Shown: in pieces, positions 29,165 through 39,770 of the stretch
Layout: each line of letters begins with the position of its first letter
Position numbering within the stretch: position 1 is the first letter of the stretch
Source of the DNA: an uncultured Clostridium sp.
GTDB taxonomy: Bacteria > Bacillota > Clostridia > TANB77 > CAG-508
DNA length: 64,000 bases
Direction: 5' to 3'
NCBI GenBank assembly: GCA_900556975.1
Contig: USQZ01000003.1
Coordinates: 5,310 to 69,309, forward strand
Program-made: the position numbers and the translations under genes
Notes under the pieces: model-generated
Database searches by the model: none
Seen by the model: the letters and a program-made list of their open reading frames with translations, nothing else
What the model was told of the DNA's origin: nothing

Positions 29165-30532
29165 TTATTTTAATTTTTTCTCTATTAAATCTGCAATTTC
29201 TCTTGCTTTTTTAGTTATAACTTCTTGATCTTCTCCTTCAATCATAACTCTAACTAGTGGTTCTGTTCCTGATGGTCTTATTAATACTCTACCATTGCCA
29301 GAGAATTCTTCAGACACTTTTTCAATAGCTTCTTTGATTTCTTCATCTTTATCAAAATCATATTTTTTATCGCTATTGACTTTTGCATTAATCAATACTT
29401 GTGGATATATTTTAACAATTTTGCTAGCTTCTGAAGGTTTTTGATTTCTTTCAAGTAATATTTTTACTAACATTAATGATGTTAATATACCATCTCCTGT
29501 TGGGTTGTAATCTAAGTAAATAATATGTCCTGATTGCTCTCCGCCTAAGTTGTATCCATTTTTTAACATTTCCTCTAAAACATATCTATCTCCAACTTTT
29601 GTTTGCTTGAAGTTTATTCCAGCTTTTTCAGAAAATTTATTTAATCCTAAGTTGCTCATAACTGTTGCAACAAGTGTATCGTTTGCAAGTTTTCCTTCTG
29701 ATTTTAAATAGTTAGATGCAATAGCTAACATTATATCTCCATCAATCTCATTTCCGTTTTCGTCAACCGCTAGACATCTATCTCCATCGCCATCATAAGC
29801 TATTCCTAAGCTATATTTTCCTTCAACTACTTTTTTCTTTAACATTCCTAAATGTGTTGATCCACAATTATCATTTATATTAATTCCGTTTGGTTCATTA
29901 TTAATAATGTCATGTTTTATTCCTAATCTTTTATAAATTTTATCTGCTACTTTGTATGTTGCACCATTGGCTGTATCTATTAATACTTTAAAATCATCAT
30001 TCTTATTTTTTGTAATACTTTCATGGAATATACCTACTATAAAATCAACATAGTCTTCAATCATATCTTCTCTGTTCTCAGAAACTCCTATTTTTTCTGA
30101 TACAGCTGTTAATGCTGATAATTTTTCATCTGAATCCATGATTTCTTCTATTTCTTCTTCTAAGCTATCTGGAATCTTCATTCCTTTGTTGCTGAAATAT
30201 TTTACGCCATTAAATTCAAATGTATTGTGAGATGCTGATATTACAACACTTGCATCTGCATTATATTTTTTTGTTAAATATGCTACTGCTGGTGTTGGTA
30301 TAACTCCAAGTGATTTTACATTTGCGCCATAGCTTAAAAATCCAGCTATCATAGCACTTTCTATTAATGTTCCAGATATTCTGGTATCTCTTCCTATAAA
30401 AATTGTTGGCATATGGTCTGTATGCTTTGATAAAACTGAAGCTCCAGCCTTTGCAACTCTAAATACTAAATTAGGAGAAAGCTCTGTATTGGCTATTCTT
30501 CTGATTCCATCTGTTCCAAAATATTTTCTCAT
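29165..30532 (-). CDS. glmM: phosphoglucosamine mutase
   Basis: MRKYFGTDGIRR start after GGAAAGGA, active-site SASHN, DGDGDR, GGEQSGH. The track start at 30589 is probably too long. Confidence 0.9.
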   Translation of the reverse strand: MRKYFGTDGIRRIANTELSPNLVFRVAKAGASVLSKHTDHMPTIFIGRDTRISGTLIESAMIAGFLSYGANVKSLGVIPTPAVAYLTKKYNADASVVISASHNTFEFNGVKYFSNKGMKIPDSLEEEIEEIMDSDEKLSALTAVSEKIGVSENREDMIEDYVDFIVGIFHESITKNKNDDFKVLIDTANGATYKVADKIYKRLGIKHDIINNEPNGININDNCGSTHLGMLKKKVVEGKYSLGIAYDGDGDRCLAVDENGNEIDGDIMLAIASNYLKSEGKLANDTLVATVMSNLGLNKFSEKAGINFKQTKVGDRYVLEEMLKNGYNLGGEQSGHIIYLDYNPTGDGILTSLMLVKILLERNQKPSEASKIVKIYPQVLINAKVNSDKKYDFDKDEEIKEAIEKVSEEFSGNGRVLIRPSGTEPLVRVMIEGEDQEVITKKAREIADLIEKKLK

Positions 30533-30710
30533 AATTATTATCATTCCTTTCCCAAGGTCAATTTCTAATTGAAGCAATTTAATTTTCAACCTAAGACCTT
30601 TACATAGATGTTATTATTATACATATTTGCTCTTATTTTTTCAAGTAATTTATGGTATTTTAAATTGTTATTTTTATATGATAAGAAAGTTTTCCAAACT
30701 TCTTGTTATA

Positions 30711-30810
30711 GGACAAAAGCGGACTGTTTATAACATTTGCACTGATTATAACATTTTTAAGTTCGCATCTTTGTTCGCGCACGAAATTTGCAAAGCAAAT
30801 TTCTATGCAT
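30711..30810. repeat. intergenic two-hairpin repeat, family A, copy 2
   Basis: ggacaaaagcggac...gttcgcatctttgttc hairpin followed by gcacgaaatttgc-aaa-gcaaatttctatgc. See copies at 2661 and 51815. Confidence 0.75.
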
Positions 30811-30825
30811 TGTTAGTTTTATATA

Positions 30826-30884
30826 ATAGGAAGTTCTGAGAACTTTCCTATTATATAAAAAAGGCAAGGTTTTTTCCTTGCCTT
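30826..30884 (-). terminator. double hairpin after the SecF-like gene: intrinsic terminator plus a second perfect 12-bp hairpin
   Basis: aaggcaagg-ttttt-ccttgcctt (30861-30884) flanked by A/T runs, then aataggaagttc-tga-gaactttcctatt (30826-30851). Confidence 0.75.
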
Positions 30885-30891
30885 TTTTAAC

Positions 30892-31710
30892 TTATGCTGT
30901 TTTTTCAGTCTTTTTTTCTTCTTCTCTTAATTTATATTCTCTAAATCTTTTTTCATCTTGCATTGTTCTTGTTAATAATTCAAGTACCCATACAAGTAAA
31001 AGTATTGCAGAAATATATGATCCAACTGGTATTCTAGCAATTGCTAAAATTGCTAAAACAAATAATTGACTTATTACAAGTTCAAGACCTAATTGAACTG
31101 GTTCGATTATCCATGCATTTTTGTATAATTTATGATATCTGATTGCTACATAAAACATAACAATTACTAAACTTATTACAAGAGGTGCTATGAATTTTTT
31201 TATCATATCCCAAACACTAATTTTTGAAACATCATATACTTTAACTTGTGTACTTGAATCTTTTAGCTCTTCAGCTGTATATTCTAATCCATATTTTTCT
31301 CTAATTTGATTAACTAATTGTGCAACTTCATCATCAGATTTGTCGCTTATTGATTCTACTTGTTGTTCTTGCAAGATATCTTCTTTTTTTACATCTTTGA
31401 TGTTATATGATTTTGAGTATTTCTCATTTAATTTTGAAAATAATGCATTTAATTCATCGTCTGTTATATCTTTTGTATCAATAGAGACGCTTGTACCATA
31501 TAGAGTTGTTTTTCTAGTAACATGATCTTCTTTTATAGATTCATCAGCTATTTTTTCAATATCTTTTAATTCATATTCTTTTCCAATTATAATTTCAACT
31601 CTTTTATGTTCTGAATATAAAGTGCTATAATTAAAACCTTTTGTTTTTACAATAATTGCGCCTAATATGATAGCAATTACCATAATAATATATAATGATT
31701 TGTTCTTCAT
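30892..31710 (-). CDS. SecF-like membrane protein (divergent)
   Basis: One TM, a roughly 150-aa extracytoplasmic domain, then a C-terminal TM cluster. Directly follows the SecD-like gene. ATG 31710 has a GGAG 9 nt upstream; the track start is 31746. Confidence 0.35.
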   Translation of the reverse strand: MKNKSLYIIMVIAIILGAIIVKTKGFNYSTLYSEHKRVEIIIGKEYELKDIEKIADESIKEDHVTRKTTLYGTSVSIDTKDITDDELNALFSKLNEKYSKSYNIKDVKKEDILQEQQVESISDKSDDEVAQLVNQIREKYGLEYTAEELKDSSTQVKVYDVSKISVWDMIKKFIAPLVISLVIVMFYVAIRYHKLYKNAWIIEPVQLGLELVISQLFVLAILAIARIPVGSYISAILLLVWVLELLTRTMQDEKRFREYKLREEEKKTEKTA

Positions 31711-31711
31711 A

Positions 31712-33184
31712 TTATTCAACTCCATTCTTTTTTGCTTTTTTTCCATCTATTAAGAATATTGCTGCTATTAAAGTATATATAAGTCCAAATATACCCCATA
31801 TTCCAACAGAACCAATTGATTGTGTATTTATTTCTTTTCCTAATGCAAATACAACAATTGTAATTATAAATGGAATTATTGTTAATATAAAGTTTCCGAA
31901 TTTCTCTAATTTGTCTATTGCTTTTTCTGTTTTCATAAATGTAAGCAATAAGAAATAGTTGATTATTGACATAATAGCAATTGTTAAAATTCCTGACAAT
32001 GTTAAGCTTACAGATGCAGCTCTAATAATTAGTAGAAGAATTGCAATATATCCTATTTCTATAATACTTGCAAAGAACCCATCTTTTTTATTTTTTACTA
32101 TTGTAAGAACTATTACAATTGCAAGTATAACTATTCCAGCTATTGATAAACCTTTTACAAAGTTTTCTCCTAAATCTGATTCAATGAAACTTCCTGATGT
32201 TAATTTATATGTTATTGGAAATTCATCATTATTAAGTATTGTTTGTGTTACGAAACAATCTTTATAATCTGAATTAAATGTATCCATATCATCTGTTGAA
32301 ACACTTCTGTATAGTGGTATTGCAAGTTCAGTATATTCGCCATCTGGTGTAAAGTATGTTATATACTTGTCTTCTCCATCTATTTGAACAGTTATAGTTT
32401 TTTGTGAAGTTTCACCGTTTTCGTCAGTTGTTTCTATATATGTTTTACTTAATTCATTTAGTTTCTTTTGACCTTCTGATGTAAATGTTAATTTTACGCC
32501 TAAATTGTATGAAACTGTATCATTTGTTGTTGCTGTTGCTGAATCATTGTTATTAGCTTGTTGATAATATGCTGATGCTTTTTTTATCATACTTCTATCC
32601 ATCAAAACTTCTTTTGTTTCTGAATCAATTATTTCAATTTTTCCTTTTTGGCTTGCAAGTGCAGCTGAATAATCTGTTGTTCCTTCATATGGAACTGAAA
32701 CTGCTAGCTTTCCGTTTTTTTCATTTACAGTTACTTCTGCATCAGCAATTCCAAAGTCTTTTAATCTGTTTTCAACTATTTCCTTTGTTTTTAAATAATT
32801 TTCTTTTGTTAACGCTGTTGGATCATTTACTGGAACTTGCTCTGCTGTAGTGTTTGTTGAGTTTGTATCAGTTGTGTTGGCTGTATTATTCGTATTTTCA
32901 GTTGTTCCCTCAGCAACTGTATTTGTTGCGTTTTCTGTTGTATTTCCAGTTGTATTTTCTGCTGTGTTTTCATCTGAACTCTTGTCTTTTGTTGATGTAT
33001 CTACTGAAAATTCAAAAGTCCTTATTTCGCTAAGTTCTTTGCTGAATTGATAATCTGGTAAAATACTCTTCCATGTGTTTAAATTTCTCTTGTGAATTCC
33101 TAAAAAAGAAATTAAACTTACTAGCACTATTAGTAATACAACTATTAATTTTGCAAGTGCATTTTTTAATGTTTTCTTTTTCAA
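31712..33184 (-). CDS. SecD-like membrane protein (divergent, with T/N-rich low-complexity insert)
   Basis: N-terminal TM, a large external domain with the SecD-like segment RLKDFGIADAEVTVNEKNGKLAVSVP, and 5 C-terminal TM segments including SLTLSGILTIAIMSIINYFLL. Confidence 0.4.
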   Translation of the reverse strand: MKKKTLKNALAKLIVVLLIVLVSLISFLGIHKRNLNTWKSILPDYQFSKELSEIRTFEFSVDTSTKDKSSDENTAENTTGNTTENATNTVAEGTTENTNNTANTTDTNSTNTTAEQVPVNDPTALTKENYLKTKEIVENRLKDFGIADAEVTVNEKNGKLAVSVPYEGTTDYSAALASQKGKIEIIDSETKEVLMDRSMIKKASAYYQQANNNDSATATTNDTVSYNLGVKLTFTSEGQKKLNELSKTYIETTDENGETSQKTITVQIDGEDKYITYFTPDGEYTELAIPLYRSVSTDDMDTFNSDYKDCFVTQTILNNDEFPITYKLTSGSFIESDLGENFVKGLSIAGIVILAIVIVLTIVKNKKDGFFASIIEIGYIAILLLIIRAASVSLTLSGILTIAIMSIINYFLLLTFMKTEKAIDKLEKFGNFILTIIPFIITIVVFALGKEINTQSIGSVGIWGIFGLIYTLIAAIFLIDGKKAKKNGVE

Positions 33185-33197
33185 CTTTTGTTACCCC

Positions 33198-33860
33198 CTA
33201 TAATAAATTAGTATCATTTATTACTACTTCAAACCATAATCCTAGATACTTTGCCGCATGTTTACTCATCATTGTTCTGTCCATGAAAATTTCGAAATAA
33301 TCTAGAACAGGACACATTTTAGTATCTATGGTTAGATCTAAAATAATTTTCTTTTCTTCTTTATTTATTCTTAATTTTGCATCTGTTACCGCATAGTTCA
33401 CTCTATCATGTTTATCAAATAAAGACATATTTGTTTTTGAAACTCTACTTCTATGTGCATCAGATTTATCAGCTAATATAATTGCTGCTGAAATATCACT
33501 AACTGCCGTTCCTGTGCCTTCATCATGATTTCCAATTGCCATCATGATTTCTGCTCTGTCTTTGCAGTTCATTCCCATATCTTTTAATATATTGTCTGCT
33601 AAAATAGCACCTGTGTGTGCATGATTTGCTCTGTTAACAGCGTTGCCCAAATCATGCAAATATCCTGCTATTTGAGCAAGTCTAACTCTGTTTTCATCAT
33701 AACCAAGTACTTGAAGTATTTCTCCAGCTCTTTGAGAAACAATATTTAAATGTCTGTGTGAATGTTCTGTATATCCTAAAACGTCTAATTGCCTTTGCGC
33801 AGCAAGAATAAGTTGTTCAACTTCTTCATTATTTTTGACATCTTCTAATGTTATACTCAC
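33198..33860 (-). CDS. HD-domain phosphohydrolase
   Basis: The motifs H...HRH, YLHDLGN and NHAHTGA fit an HD superfamily metal-binding pattern. Confidence 0.7.
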   Translation of the reverse strand: MSITLEDVKNNEEVEQLILAAQRQLDVLGYTEHSHRHLNIVSQRAGEILQVLGYDENRVRLAQIAGYLHDLGNAVNRANHAHTGAILADNILKDMGMNCKDRAEIMMAIGNHDEGTGTAVSDISAAIILADKSDAHRSRVSKTNMSLFDKHDRVNYAVTDAKLRINKEEKKIILDLTIDTKMCPVLDYFEIFMDRTMMSKHAAKYLGLWFEVVINDTNLL

Positions 33861-33947
33861 GCTTTTTTCCTCCTTAGTTTTTCATTTTTTGATTGTATAT
33901 TAAAAAATGAAAAATATCAACCATTTTTTATAACTTTTAAAATGTTT

Positions 33948-34337
33948 TTAATTTTTCATATTTACTCCTACAATACCGCCTATGCAACCACAAATAAATG
34001 TTGAAGCAAGCATTATTCCTGAATATACATTTATTTCGAAATTTTTAAGCAAAATGCTTGATATCATATAAATTATTGAAAAATATGTTATGCCTATTAG
34101 TCCGCCTTTTATCATCCCTTTTTCACCTGTTTTTATCAAGCTAATTGATGAGCCGATTAATATGCTAACTCCTGTTATAATAATTATTGCTGGTGTTATA
34201 ATTTTCTCTGGAACACTTGTGTATGTTAATATTATACCTAATATGTAAAATAATATTATTGTAATTATAAAACTTATCATCACTCCTTTGATAAATAATA
34301 GTCCTTTTGAAATAATCTGATTTTCGACTTTCTCCAT
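33948..34337 (-). CDS. small four-TM membrane protein (YrzE/TIGR04086-like)
   Basis: 129 aa with four hydrophobic segments. Confidence 0.5.
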   Translation of the reverse strand: MEKVENQIISKGLLFIKGVMISFIITIILFYILGIILTYTSVPEKIITPAIIIITGVSILIGSSISLIKTGEKGMIKGGLIGITYFSIIYMISSILLKNFEINVYSGIMLASTFICGCIGGIVGVNMKN

Positions 34338-34420
34338 TTTTCTCTCCTTTATTATTTATTTAGGGCTATTTGTTATAATCTATATCTTAGTGTAACTCTA
34401 CTTTAGCACAAAATTTTGCA

Positions 34421-34458
34421 AATAAAAACCCTTTCCACATTTATATGAAAAGGATTTT
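34421..34458 (-). terminator. intrinsic terminator after the WG-repeat gene
   Basis: Minus strand reads atccttttc...ggaaagggt (two G-U pairs) followed by TTTTATTT. Confidence 0.55.
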
Positions 34459-34474
34459 TATTTATTCTATAAAA

Positions 34475-36199
34475 CTAATTATTTTGACCATTGTTGTTGT
34501 CATTGTTATCACTGCTGTTATTATCATTATTATCGTTGCTACTATTATTTTGATCACTATTATCACTGCTATTGTTGCTATTACTATTTGAAGAATCACC
34601 TTGGTTATCAGTTTGATTTGCTTTGTTAAGATATTCTTGTTCTCTTTTTTCTTCGTTAGCTTGTTCTTCTTTTGTTTTTGTTTGTTCAATTAACTCTTTT
34701 ACAGTTTCTCTCGTTGCTAATAGTTCTTTTAATGTTAGTAATTCATTATTATTAGATGGCTTATTAAAGTAATATGTTATATTACCATTTCTTTGCATAT
34801 AATATATTGCTGTATAGTATGCGTTTAGTACTACTGTTCCATTAGTTGTTATTATACCATATACAGTTGTGCCTGCTGCATTTTTCATGGCAAATACTAT
34901 TCCTGTCACCGTATCTGATAGTGGAATTGTTAGTGTTGGCATAGCTGATGTATTTTTTATTATATTATTTGGCTTTTCGCATCCAATTTCTGAAAATCTA
35001 GTACTTGCAAGTAATGTTCCGTCTGTTGAATATAATCCATAACTTCCGTTTCTCTTTACAGGTATACAATCTCCTCCAATAATATATTTGTCTTTTTCTC
35101 CTTGTGATTTATATGCAGAAACACTTGTTAATCCAATCTGGTCATATTCTGTTGGAATAATATCATTTCCTTCTGAATTTATAACACCATATTTTCCATT
35201 TTTTTCTACAATATATAATTTCTTTTTGGCGTCTAGTAATTCTATATTTTCGTATTCTAGTTTGATTGTAGGAGTCTCTAGACCTGGTTTTTGCATACCA
35301 TAATTTGAATTACTTGATACGATAAATTCTCCAATACTTTGTACATATTCAACACTATCATATTTTAAACTTATTATTTCTTTTTTAGTTGCTAAATCCA
35401 CTACCCCATATTCTTTATCTTTTCCTACAACAGCATATCCATCGCTTAATGCTCTTTGATTCTTAAAATTAGTAGTTAGTGTATAACCGCTTTTTGAAAG
35501 AGAACTTGTATATGCACTTGTTAAATCTTCTAATGTTTGTAATGTTATTGTTGTTCCTTGCTTTACGATTCTCATATTGAAACCTTTATCTATTGCTTCT
35601 TCTGAAGCATACAAAACATCTTCAAATTGTATTACAGGTTGTTCTAATGTAAATGACTCTTTGTCTAATTCTGCTGAATTTTCCGTTGTTGATGTCGAAT
35701 TATATTTTTTATTACTATATGGTGTTTTTAATTCTTCTGTGTATTGTTTAGCATTTTTTATATTTTTAGTTATTTCATTTGAATCAAGCAAATATGTTAC
35801 ATATTCTCCACCATTGTCAATATAACATTTGTCTTTAGTCTCATCTACTTCTTCGCCATATGCTCCATTATTATATTTATATCCAGCCAATTGAGTTACT
35901 GTCTCAATGTTATAATAAACTTTTCCATCTGGAGTAGTTACTGATATTGGCGTATATTTATTATTTATTAATATTTCTTTTTGTTCATACGTACCAGCTA
36001 AGTCTTCTCCTACCTCTCCTGGATTAATTGAAATGTATACAGATTTTGATTTATAAAGATTATTTTTTATTTGAAATTTAGTCTTTTTTCCTTCTTGTTG
36101 CATTAAAATTAATAAAACTATTAATGTTACTATAAAAATTGCAACTGTTACTACTATTCCTATTAATAACATTTTCTTCTTTTGATTTGTTTCATCCAT
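34475..36199 (-). CDS. WG-repeat (KWG) protein with N-terminal anchor and N/S/D-rich C-terminal tail
   Basis: Repeats GKYGVINSEGNDIIPTEYDQI and GSYGLYSTDGTLL. The tail reads ...NQGDSSNSNSNNSSDNSDQNNSSNDNNDNN... Confidence 0.65.
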   Translation of the reverse strand: MDETNQKKKMLLIGIVVTVAIFIVTLIVLLILMQQEGKKTKFQIKNNLYKSKSVYISINPGEVGEDLAGTYEQKEILINNKYTPISVTTPDGKVYYNIETVTQLAGYKYNNGAYGEEVDETKDKCYIDNGGEYVTYLLDSNEITKNIKNAKQYTEELKTPYSNKKYNSTSTTENSAELDKESFTLEQPVIQFEDVLYASEEAIDKGFNMRIVKQGTTITLQTLEDLTSAYTSSLSKSGYTLTTNFKNQRALSDGYAVVGKDKEYGVVDLATKKEIISLKYDSVEYVQSIGEFIVSSNSNYGMQKPGLETPTIKLEYENIELLDAKKKLYIVEKNGKYGVINSEGNDIIPTEYDQIGLTSVSAYKSQGEKDKYIIGGDCIPVKRNGSYGLYSTDGTLLASTRFSEIGCEKPNNIIKNTSAMPTLTIPLSDTVTGIVFAMKNAAGTTVYGIITTNGTVVLNAYYTAIYYMQRNGNITYYFNKPSNNNELLTLKELLATRETVKELIEQTKTKEEQANEEKREQEYLNKANQTDNQGDSSNSNSNNSSDNSDQNNSSNDNNDNNSSDNNDNNNGQNN

Positions 36200-36217
36200 T
36201 TTAGATTTTTCCTCCTA

Positions 36218-37342
<1,125 letters not shown>

Positions 37343-37364
37343 TTAATCTCCTCCGTTTTTATTT

Positions 37365-38387
37365 TTAACAAATATACATTGCATCTCCAAAGCTGAAAAA
37401 TCTATATTTATCTTTTACCGCTTCTTTATATGCTTCTAACATAAAATCTTTATCTGAAAGTGCTGACACTAACATCAATAATGTTGATTGTGGTAAGTGG
37501 AAATTTGTTATTAAATTATCTACGCATTTAAATTTATAACCTGGATAAATAAAAATGTTAGTATCACCTTCTATTTCTTTTACCAATCCATTCTCATCTG
37601 CTACAGTTTCCAAAACTCTGCATGATGTTGTTCCTACTGATATTATTCTCTTGCCGTTTTTCTTTGCGTTGTTTATTTTATCAGCATCTTCTTTTTTTAT
37701 ATAATAATGTTCTGTATGCATATCATGTTTTTCTACTTCGTCTTCTTTAACTGGTCTGAATGTTCCGATTCCAACATGTAAAGTAACATTAGCAATTTCA
37801 ATTCCTTTTTCTTTTATTTTTTCTAGCAATTCATTTGTGAAATGTAATCCCGCTGTTGGAGCTGCTGCTGATCCATCATATTTAGCATAAACAGTTTGAT
37901 ATCTATCTTTATCTTTTAATGTTTCATGTATATATGGTGGTAGTGGCATTAATCCGATTTGATCTAGTATTTCGTTGAATATTCCTTGATAATTAAATTT
38001 TACTTTTCTTGTTCCACCAGGCATTATATCTAAAATCTCTGCTTCAAGTAATCCATCTCCAAAAATTACTTTAGTTCCAACATGAAGCTTGTTTCCTGGT
38101 CTAACAATTGATTCCCAAATATCTCCTTCAATATTATTTAGAAGCAAGAATTCAACATTTGCTCCTGTTTCTTTTTTTCCATACAATCTTGCTGGTATAA
38201 CCTTCGTATTATTTCTAACTAAACAATCACCTGGTTCTAAATAATCAATTATGTCTTTAAAAGTTTTGTGTTCTATTGTTCTTTTTTCTCTGTTTACTAC
38301 CATAAGTCTTGACTCATCTCTATTTTTTATTGGGACTTGCGCAATCAACTCTTCTGGTAAATCATAATTAAATTCTGATACTTTCAC
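37365..38387 (-). CDS. queA: S-adenosylmethionine:tRNA ribosyltransferase-isomerase
   Basis: [18 protein letters not shown]-terminus and [14 protein letters not shown]. Lies upstream of tgt. Confidence 0.95.
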   Translation of the reverse strand: MKVSEFNYDLPEELIAQVPIKNRDESRLMVVNREKRTIEHKTFKDIIDYLEPGDCLVRNNTKVIPARLYGKKETGANVEFLLLNNIEGDIWESIVRPGNKLHVGTKVIFGDGLLEAEILDIMPGGTRKVKFNYQGIFNEILDQIGLMPLPPYIHETLKDKDRYQTVYAKYDGSAAAPTAGLHFTNELLEKIKEKGIEIANVTLHVGIGTFRPVKEDEVEKHDMHTEHYYIKKEDADKINNAKKNGKRIISVGTTSCRVLETVADENGLVKEIEGDTNIFIYPGYKFKCVDNLITNFHLPQSTLLMLVSALSDKDFMLEAYKEAVKDKYRFFSFGDAMYIC

Positions 38388-38405
38388 TTGTATTACTTCC
38401 TTTCA

Positions 38406-39770
38406 TTAATCAGTTGTTATTGTTACATAGTTTGTTTCATTTATTTCTGAATTATTGTTGCTTGACATTACTTGCTTAAAGTTTGATATTATTTGAGAAA
38501 CAATATCTATTATATTGTGTGGTACATTTTCAAATTCGATTTCTTGTGCATAATTAAAGTCACTTAATTGAATTGGCTTTGTTTTATACACTATTGGATC
38601 TAATCCAGTTTTTCCAACATTACTGTCAATGTTGCATCTCATGTAATCTCTATACCAATCTTTTAAACCTGTTTTATTTTGATTTTCATATCCAAACTTT
38701 TCATTATCATGTAAGGCTGGGAATGTATAACCTTTTTCAGTTAAATTTCTTTCTAGTGAATGTAGAAACTCATGTACAAATACTTCTTCTGGGAATGTGT
38801 CATTTTTAATATTATATTTATACATTGTACTATTTCTTAAATCATTTGGCATACGAATATTTGAGAATCCAATAGAATCATATCTCATGCTTCCTAGGCC
38901 AATCCATTCATTTACAGGAATTGAACTTAAAGTATCTCCCATTCTTATTCCAATGAATATATGATCATACTCATTTTTTTGTACATAATCATCTATTAAT
39001 GGTTTTACATCTTTTGCTGCAACATAATAATAATTTTCTTGATCATATGACAATGATGTTAAAGGTTCTTTAATTTCAACTGTTTGATATGATACTGTCA
39101 TTGCATTATTTGAAAAACTCTCTACTGTGTTTGCAAATCTTTTTAAATTATCTTTTAGCAAATCCTTATCTTCTTGTGTTAATGAATATGTATGATGCTT
39201 CCCTTCAATATTAACATCAATGTTGTCTATAAGAAAACATACTACATTCCAATCTGAAGTTTCATCTTTTATACCTTCTTCGACGTGAATATCTGAAAAC
39301 CATGCTTTTCCTTTTGAATATCCATCATATCCGCCAAGTCTAAATGATATATCTAGTGTATCTTGTTCTTTACTATCAACTAATAACGTAACTTTTTGCC
39401 AATCTGTTGTCCCTTGTATTGGAATTGTTTGATCTGCAGTTCCCATTATACTTATGCAAGCTCCAGATGTCTCAGGCTTGTCACTTTCAACATTCTCAGT
39501 TTTAACCATACAAGTTATTCTATATGGTGTATCTTTTTTTACACTTATTTCCTTAAAAAATAATGCATCATTATAATCTTTGTTTTCTATACAATAACTC
39601 TTTTGTCCATTATACTTTTGTGAGCTATCTCTATAATATGATGTTTCGCCTTTATTTTCGTTGGCTTTTATAAAGTCATTAAAATAATATTTATTATAGA
39701 TATATACTAGTGCAGTTATTAAACCAATCAATATTATTAATGAAAATATTCTTGATATCACTTTTTTCAT
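38406..39770 (-). CDS. hypothetical membrane-anchored extracytoplasmic protein with HExxH motif
   Basis: N-terminal TM, a beta-rich (carbohydrate-binding-module-like) segment, and a C-terminal FVHEFLHSLE. Start overlaps the coaE stop (ATGA). Confidence 0.5.
   Translation of the reverse strand: MKKVISRIFSLIILIGLITALVYIYNKYYFNDFIKANENKGETSYYRDSSQKYNGQKSYCIENKDYNDALFFKEISVKKDTPYRITCMVKTENVESDKPETSGACISIMGTADQTIPIQGTTDWQKVTLLVDSKEQDTLDISFRLGGYDGYSKGKAWFSDIHVEEGIKDETSDWNVVCFLIDNIDVNIEGKHHTYSLTQEDKDLLKDNLKRFANTVESFSNNAMTVSYQTVEIKEPLTSLSYDQENYYYVAAKDVKPLIDDYVQKNEYDHIFIGIRMGDTLSSIPVNEWIGLGSMRYDSIGFSNIRMPNDLRNSTMYKYNIKNDTFPEEVFVHEFLHSLERNLTEKGYTFPALHDNEKFGYENQNKTGLKDWYRDYMRCNIDSNVGKTGLDPIVYKTKPIQLSDFNYAQEIEFENVPHNIIDIVSQIISNFKQVMSSNNNSEINETNYVTITTD

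Noticed and set aside
34462-34689. 75-aa minus-strand ORF overlapping the end of the WG-repeat gene
   Set aside because: It is an alternative frame of the N/S/D repeat region and is fully contained in the longer, motif-supported ORF.
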